Below, in pieces: positions 55,330 to 64,000 of a stretch of 64,000 bases of DNA; within the stretch, counting starts at the first letter, position 1; every line of letters starts with the position of its first letter. Position numbers and translations under genes: made by a program. Source of the DNA: Eledone cirrhosa (lineage: Eukaryota); the NCBI GenBank assembly GCA_964016885.1, contig OZ024753.1, forward strand, positions 36,518,001 through 36,582,000. Reading direction: 5' to 3'. The notes under the pieces were generated by a model. The model was not told where the DNA came from. It searched no databases and saw only the letters and a program-made list of their open reading frames with translations.

Positions 55330-55725
55330 TCATTTATTTAAAAGCTATTTTGCCCTCCTCCTTTTTTCAACACACTGTTTAATGTATGAGGAGGGGTAAT
55401 GGGCATGAACTCTGTAGGCCCACCTAACATAACAAGATCGTTGCGGCGGTTGTGAGTTGGTGCTGAGTATTATAGAAACTACTCAATACGACGGTTGAAG
55501 TCTGATGACGTCCGTCATCTTTATACCAGTAATTGGCGTAGGCTGGTTGTTTTTTCTTGCCTGAAGGTCGGGGCATGGTTTTGAAGGACGTGTTTGATCT
55601 TTACTCTGTTTACAGTGCTGTGGTATGGGTGTAGAGTTAAGGGTTAAATCTAGTTTTATAGTTTTGCATTTACTTGAGTTTTTGAATAGCGTTGGATTGA
55701 TCAAGTTGTCAATTGACAGTGCTAC
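55330..55725 (-). mobile_element. Possible degenerate Penelope-like ORF fragment (linker between RT and GIY-YIG)
   Basis: Frameshifted ARK..SLRQLLV resembles the PLE A(Y/R)RxxxNLRxxLV motif. Confidence 0.3.
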
Positions 55726-55758
55726 TTACACACGCACACACACACACGCGCACACACA

Positions 55759-55848
<90 letters not shown>

Positions 55849-55904
55849 CATACACACACACGCACACACACAGACACATACACACACACACACACACACA
55901 CACG

Positions 55905-55965
<61 letters not shown>

Positions 55966-56181
55966 ATATATATACATATATATCTAGGGCGGGTAAAATT
56001 CCCGAGATCCATGGACGAGTTCTCCCCAGCGGTCTCTGTCCCTCATTATCGCTGCCATGTCCTGCGTCTCCAAGAGATCAGTGTCTGCCCTTTGGTCATC
56101 AACACATATGTCAATACGTATATATATATACATATATATATATGTGTGTGTTATATGTTATATATATATATATATATATAT

Positions 56182-56298
56182 AGTTTTAATATAGATGAGA
56201 TTCTACAGGACTAGAACTGTTTCATTCATTAGAAATTATGATGATTTCTAATGAATGAAACAGTTCTAGTCCTGTAGAATCTCATCTATATTAAAACT
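56182..56298. repeat. 55-bp-arm hairpin with a truncated hammerhead core at the turn
   Basis: Arms 56182-56236 and 56244-56298; ATGATGA-T-TTC-TAAT-GAA-T-GAAACAGT. Confidence 0.8.
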
Positions 56299-56364
56299 GT
56301 TATACTCTGCTATGTATTGAGTACCTTACTTACTGTGGTTACCTCCGATTCAACCCGGAATAAC

Positions 56365-56433
<69 letters not shown>

Positions 56434-56477
56434 AATATGATAATAAGGGCGCTGCGGAGTTGCAAATGGGTTACATA

Positions 56478-57100
<623 letters not shown>

Positions 57101-57623
57101 TATATATATATATGTTATATATGTTATTTCTAGTTGTCGATAACCCCCTATTCACGCCACTGAGATGAAGATGGTACGATGTGTGTATTTTTGATAAGTG
57201 CAACACTTGCTACTAGCCATTCGCAGATTTGGATTTGCTGTGTAAACACAGATAGTTAGATCTTCTCCCGTGTTGAAAATCCGGGATTGACTCCTGTCGT
57301 TTACCGAAAGATTGATGGTGAAATATATTTCTTTAATGAAATATATACAAGGAAGATTAATCCATTTATAAGGTATCTATTTTTAAAGTTCTAGTTAAAC
57401 TTTAATTAGTTACCTACTTAGCTGTGTGTGCTTACACACTTTTACAAATTATTCCCTGTGATTGTTTCATATGTTTATTTTAGATATATATATATATATG
57501 TCAATCAATTTCTAGTTGATATAAAATGCTCGGATCTATTCATTGGAATCTTGGAGCATATTCTACAGTGGATATGGCGCATGTCTCTCTGACATGGCAC
57601 CCTTAAATTAATTTAATTTAATT

Positions 57624-57688
<65 letters not shown>

Positions 57689-57830
57689 ACATATATAGAT
57701 CTTCTTCTTCTTCTTCTTCTTCTTCTTCTTCTTCTTCTTCTTCTTCTTCTTCTTCTTCTTCTTCTTCTTCTTCTTCTTCTCCCTCATCTTCCTCCCCCTC
57801 CTCCTCCTCCTCCTCATCATATTTTCACAG

Positions 57831-57844
57831 CTATGAACTCCTTC
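57831..57844 (+). CDS. Candidate 14-nt microexon (CT ATG AAC TCC TTC)
   Basis: Long (CTT)n/(CCT)n pyrimidine tract, TTTTCACAG acceptor and GTAAGC donor; ends in phase 0, in frame with the 63248 exon. Confidence 0.35.
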
Positions 57845-57940
57845 GTAAGCTGCCATTTTGTCTTGTCTTGTTTGCTTGTATCCATTGCAAGCACATCCTA
57901 ATCTCCATCCTCGATATTATTATTATTATTATCATTATTA

Positions 57941-58100
57941 GGGTGGTGGATTGGCAGTATCGGTAGAGAGTCGGACGCCATGCTATGAAGTATAGAGTTA
58001 CGTCCCTTTATGATCTGAGTTCAAATCCCTCCGGGGTCGATAAAATAAAGTACCAGTAATGTACTGGGTAATTGCTGGCCTTGTGCCAAAAGTAGAAACA
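57941..58100 (+). mobile_element. SINE family A with internal deletion
   Basis: Family A head and tail; the GAGGTTAACTTTGCC segment is missing. Confidence 0.8.
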
Positions 58101-58526
58101 ATTATCATTATTACTAGCATTATTAACATTACTACTGTTGCTGTTGCTGTTGTTGTTGTCGTTGTTGTTGTTACTGCTGCTGTTGTTGTTGTTGTTGTTA
58201 TTTCACAATTAATCAAAGCTAGCAGCTTTAAACGGTTTAATTAGAAATGCGAGAGAAAAGTCTAAAAAGCAGTCGTTTGGGTACAAATATTGATATTTTG
58301 ATGAGTTGTTGGAGAGAAGAGAGAGAGAGATATTTGGAGGGAGAGAGAGAGATGTAGAGAGGGAGAGAGAGAGGTAAGGGAGAGAGAGAGGGGGGATGGA
58401 GAGAGGGAGAGAGAGGAAGGAGGAAGGGAGGAAGAAAGGAGCGGAAGAAAGAAAGAAAGAAAGAAAGACAGAATGAAAGAAGGGATGGAAGAAAACAAAT
58501 AGGAATAAGAAGGGAACAAAGAATGA

Positions 58527-58573
<47 letters not shown>

Positions 58574-59249
58574 GAGGAAACAAAGACAGACAGAAAGAAA
58601 GAAGAAATGGGGAAGAAAGTAAAACGAAGGTAGAGAGAAAGAAAGAGTATGGACAAGGCAGTTATTTTGTCTGGCAGTTTTAATTATGAATGCTACAGCC
58701 CAATAAACATGCATTTCGTTATCTTAATGATTTTTCAAATGAATAGTGTTTTCGAGAGATATAAGTTGCCCTCCGGCAAAACTGTGGGAGCACTGAAAGT
58801 CAACAAGATGCTAGAGGTCCCTTGAAACACGATCCCAAACACTGCTTAATATAACAATTGCCCTTCGGCTGTTTTTAGATGCAAAGAAGGAAAGAAGGAA
58901 GGGGCCTAATGCTACTGTTTCTATTGTTGTTGCTGTTGTTGTTGTATAATATTGTTGTACTATTTCATTTATTTTCTCATTCTGTTCGTTATTTATACTC
59001 TGTATTCGTCCAAATAGTTATCAACAGCAGCAGTATCGTTTTCCAAATTTTTGTTTATGAATTGATAAATTTATAAATAAATTTGTAAATAAATGAAAAT
59101 ATAAATGAATAAATAAAAGCATGAATAAATAAATGAATAAATAAAAATTAAGTCCACCGTCTGTCAGAGAAAAGAATCCGAAGTTAGAACAATGAACACA
59201 CACAAACACATAAACCTGTACGGCTGAACATACACACATACACACACAC

Positions 59250-59284
<35 letters not shown>

Positions 59285-59663
59285 TACACACACATACACA
59301 CACGCATACACACACACATACACACACACACATATATACACACACATACATTCACGCAGACATACACACATATACACGCAGACTCACAGATACACATATA
59401 CGCAGACACACAGACACACACACACACACACATACACACATACACGTATACATACACGCAGACACATACACACACATACACACACATACACACATACACG
59501 CACACACATACACACACACACGCAGACTCACACACACACACACATATACACATATACATACACGTAGACACATACACACACATACATACACACACACATA
59601 TACACACAGACACACACACATACACACAAATACAAATACAAACATACAAACATTTACACACTG

Positions 59664-60430
59664 GTTTAGCAGTATCAGTAGAGTGTCAGAAACTATGCTT
59701 TGCAGCATAGAGTTGTGGCCCTTTACGTTCTGAGATCAAATCCCGTCGAGGTTAACGTTGCCTTTCATCCATACGGGGTCGATAAAATAAAGTACCAGTA
59801 ATGCACTGAGGTAATTGCTGGCCTTGTGCCAAAAGTAGAAACTTACACAAATATATAGACATAAAAACGCACAAGTGCACGGACACACAAACACACACAT
59901 GCACACATGCATACATTAAAAACACACATACTCTTAAAAGTACACACATTAGTACACACACACACATATTGAAATAAATGGACGTCACTATATGTCGCAA
60001 TGCATGTTGTTCGACGCTCTATCGATTCTGCCAGTCCAACACCCTGATCAAATAAAGGTTTCTGATTTAGGCACAAGGCCATCAATTATTCCAGTGTATT
60101 ACTGGTTCTTCATTTTATCGACACCGTAAGGATGAAAGGCAAAGTTAACCTCGGCAGGATTTGAACTCAGACCATAAAGGGCCGTAACTCTTGGTCTAAG
60201 TTCAAATCCCGTCGAGGTTAACTTTGCCTTTCATCCTTACGGGGTCGATAAAATAAAGTACCAGAAGCCAACAATTTTAGGCGAAGGGTAAGTCGTTACT
60301 GGTTCTTTATTTTATCGACCCCGTAAGGATGAAATGCAAAGCTAACGTCGGCGGGATTTTAACCGAGAATGTAAAGGGATGTAACTCTATGCCACAAAGC
60401 ATATTGTCTGATGCTCTACCGATTCTGTCA
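59664..60430. mobile_element. Cluster of SINE family A copies (59664-59842 plus, 60060-60190 minus, 60195-60285 plus, 60296-60430 minus)
   Basis: Family A motifs on both strands. Confidence 0.8.
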
Positions 60431-61374
60431 TGGTGTTCCTTAAAATTATTGTATTGATTAGATGACATATTTTATTGTACGAAACGTTTTGATGACGTCA
60501 TTTCTCATATATGAAGTCATCAAAATTTAATTATTTCAACTCAAACCTAAAATAGCAGAAAAGGTATTTTCTCGAATTATTTCATAGGATATTGACTGCA
60601 CTAAAAAGTATGTTAAAACTGGTTTATTGTTATCATCATCATTATCATCATCATCATCATTATATAGAGGGTGGTGTATTGGAAGAGTCGTTAGAGCATC
60701 GGTCAAAATATCTTTCAGTAATTTCTTACTAAATTTGAGTTCAACTCCCACCAAGGACAACTTATTTTTTTTTTTATCCTTCCGAGGTCGATACAATGGA
60801 CTTATAGTAAAGAAGGGATAATGTTTTTTAAGAAAGTACTTGCAATTTTGAACTTAGCTTATACAGCCCTCCCCACCCAGGTGTCTATGGATCGCACGCT
60901 GATATCATTTATTGTGTTATAGGGGTGCTTTGAGAAGAATGTGTCTTTGGAATGCTCAGCCAATTACACTTGCATTCAGGAACAAGTTGTTCCCTTAATC
61001 GAACAACTGAAACACACATCATTGAAACTGACATGTAGCCTGTATATAAACCATGTATTTAGAGCCTGCATTTCACATCTGGCCCGAGACTATTACCAGC
61101 TTATGCCTAAGATGCTGCACAGTGGGAACAAGCCAGAGATCCAGGCTCCTAATGATTGTGAATCAAACTTCTTAGCCACAGCCTATGCCGCCTATATATA
61201 CCATAGGCATAATACATTGCTACTAACAAGATATTGAAATGTTACATTTCTCGGTTAACCTGGCCCTGTTAACAGCTTTGTGGAGGAAAGACTACATTTT
61301 TTAGCTGACCTGGGCTTATTACTAATTTGGGGAGAGGAGCCTACATTTTATATCTGGCCTAGGTCTATAATCAG

Positions 61375-63168
61375 TTTTGGGGTTTCTAAATTTCACATCT
61401 GACCTTAGATTATAACTAACTTTGGTGACTCCTACATTTCACATCTGACTTGGGTCTATTACCAACTTTGGTGACTCCTACATTTCACACCTGACTTGGG
61501 TCTATTGCTAACTTTGGTGACTCCTACATTTCACATCTGACCTTAGATTATAACTAACTTTGGTGACTCCTACATTTCACATCTGACTTGGGTCTATTGC
61601 TAACTTTGGTGACTCCTACATTTCACATCTGACTTGGGTCTATTACCAACTTTGGTGACTCCTACATTTCACACCTGACTTGGATCTATTACTAACGTTG
61701 GTGACTCCTATATTTCACATCTGACTTGGGTCTATTGCTAACTTTGGTGACTCCTACATTTCACATCTGACCTTAGATTATAACTAACTTTGGTGACTCC
61801 TACATTTCACATCTGACTTGGGTCTATTACTAACGTTGGTGACTCCTACATTTCACATCTAACTTGGATCTATTGCTAACGTTGGTGACTCCTACATTTC
61901 ACATCTGACTTGGGTCTATTACCAACTTTGGTGACTCCTACATTTCACATCTGACTTGGGTCTACTACTAACGTTGGTGACTCCTACATTTCACATCTGA
62001 CTAGGCTCTATTGCTAACTTTGGTGACTCCTACATTTCACATCTGACTTGGATCTATTACCAACTTTGGTGACTCCTACATTTCACATCTGACTTGGGTC
62101 TATTACTAACGTTGGTGACTCCTACATTTCACATCTGACTTGGATCTATTACTAACGTTGGTGACTCCTACATTTCACATCTGACTTGGATCTATTGCTA
62201 ACTTTGGTGACTCCTACATTTCACATCTGACTTGGATCTATTACCAACTTTGGTGACTCCTACATTTCACATCTGACTTGGCTCTATTACTAACGTTGGT
62301 GACTCCTACATTTCACATCTGACTTGGATCTATTACTAACGTTGGTGACTCCTACATTTCACATCTGACTTGGATCTATTGCTAACGTTGGTGACTCCTA
62401 CATTTCACATCTGACTTGGGTCTATTACCAACTTTGGTGACTCCTACATTTCACATCTGACTTGGGTCTACTACTAACTTTGGTGACTCCTACATTTCAC
62501 ATCTGACTTGGGTCTATTACTAACGTTGGTGACTCCTACATTTCACATCTGACTTGGGTCTATTACCAACTTTGGTGACTCCTACATTTCACATCTGACT
62601 TGGGTCTATTACTAACGTTGGTGACTCCTACATTTCACATCTGACTTGGATCTATTGCTAACTTTGGTGACTCCTACCTTTCACATCTGACTTGGGTCTA
62701 TTACTAACGTTGGTGACTCCTACATTTCACATCTGACTTGGATCTATTGCTAACTTTGGTGACTCCTACATTTCACATCTGACTTGGATCTATTGCTAAC
62801 TTTGATGACTCCTACATTTCACATCTGACTTGGGTCTATTACTAACGTTGGTGACTCCTACATTTCACATCTGACTTGGATCTATTGCTAACTTTGGTGA
62901 CTCCTACATTTCACATTTGACTTTGGTCTATTGCTAACTTTGGTGACTCCTACATTTCACATCTGACTTGGGTCTATTACCAACTTTGGTGACTCCTACA
63001 TTTCACATCTGACTTGGGTCTATTACTAACGTTGGTGACTCCTACATTTCACATCTGACTTGGATCTATTGCTAACTTTGGTGACTCCTACATTTCACAT
63101 CTGACTTGGATCTATTGCTAACTTTGGTGACTCCTACATTTCACATTTGACTTGGGTCTATTACCAGT
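61375..63168. repeat. 46-bp minisatellite, about 39 copies
   Basis: Unit TTGGTGACTCCTACATTTCACATCTGACTTGGRTCTATTRCYAACK; starts at 61422, 61468 and onward; degenerate units at about 61070 and 61243-61375. Confidence 0.97.
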
Positions 63169-63247
63169 TTTACAGGTGCCGACTCTCTCCATTCCTACTT
63201 TTAAAAAAATGTGTTGTTTAATTAAATGGTCATTATTTTCCTCACAG

Positions 63248-64000
63248 AATATCAAAGATATGGATAATTGCAATCAGAAAATTAAGGCCAACGTGAAGAA
63301 TGGTTTACACACAAGAAGTGCTTCCAAGAATCGAGAGAAAAATTGTCTGAGGAAAGCCAAGAAAATCATCGAAAGGAACCGTTCGAAACCTTATCGTATT
63401 GCAGAGTATCTTACATCGGAGTATAGCAAACATCTAGAGGGTGTACTTTGTCCTAATACTCAGAGTCAAGGAAATATGAATGATACTCGACAAGAAAAGG
63501 ATGATGAGTTCAACCTTCTACAACGACAAAATCACTCCTCATGTTTTTGCTCCTTCACAAAGGTGCCATCCTCAAATCAACAACAAGATACGAAGTCTTG
63601 TTCTTGCTTAAATGTGATCAACGAAGTTCATCAGATTGATAGGTATCGGAACCTATATGACAATCATAGTAAACTGTCGGCACAAATTTCACAAAATCAA
63701 TATTACAATCAACAAAACCCTTTTGCGCATCCCGATGAGAGCCAGAAATATTCTGACTGTAACGTATCTTATCTCATGCCTCAACATTATTACCCAGCGA
63801 TACACCATCAAATGCGGCGTCACCAACAATCACACCACCAACGTCAACACCATCAAGACCAACACCAACACTATCAATACCAATACCAACAACAACTGCA
63901 GCAACAGCAACAAAGACTTCAACTAAAGCCTGAGTCATTACATAACCACACAAAACATCCATCCTTATACAATATCTATAATCACGATATTCATAAAACT
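63248..64000 (+). CDS. Host protein-coding exon, open to the window end; basic N-terminal part then Q/H/Y-rich low-complexity region (product unidentified, transcription-regulator-like)
   Basis: Acceptor TTATTTTCCTCACAG; 251 stop-free codons NIKDMDNCNQKIK...ERNRSKPYRIAEY...QYQQQLQQQQQRLQ...HDIHKT in non-repetitive AT-rich DNA; absent from the ORF track because no stop is reached. Confidence 0.8.

Noticed and set aside
61375-63168. CRISPR-like regular array
   Set aside because: Units are contiguous 46-mers with only a few recurring substitutions; there are no unique spacers and no cas genes, and the context is eukaryotic.
63636-63962. ORF-track entries 63636-63926 (+) and 63774-63962 (-)
   Set aside because: Alternative-frame and antisense shadows of the longer open frame starting at 63248.

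Overview
This is AT-rich, repeat-saturated eukaryotic DNA. The SINE families, (TA)n microsatellite density and RTE LINEs look like an octopod cephalopod genome (recognition by pattern, not by database search). Almost all listed ORFs are microsatellite artefacts. Real coding traces are LINE remnants (a 2.55-kb RTE with APE C-terminus, RT and a PHD-like finger; shorter RTE, Tx1/L1 and CR1-type 3' ends) and one host exon not in the ORF track (63248 to the window end, 251 open codons, Q/H-rich), possibly preceded by a 14-nt in-frame microexon at 57831-57844. The main hidden signal is a dense set of minimal type I hammerhead ribozyme motifs (CUGANGA...GAAA, mostly with palindromic stem III), about 15 recognisable copies from several families. 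They sit in Penelope-like pLTR or retrozyme-like inserts in (TA)n tracts, often as fold-back hairpins that turn at the ribozyme core. The region 26.3-46.2 kb is a roughly triplicated 5-6 kb unit containing a 450-630 bp module in strictly alternating orientation, with a tRNA-like end. A 46-bp minisatellite of about 39 copies lies just upstream of the final exon.
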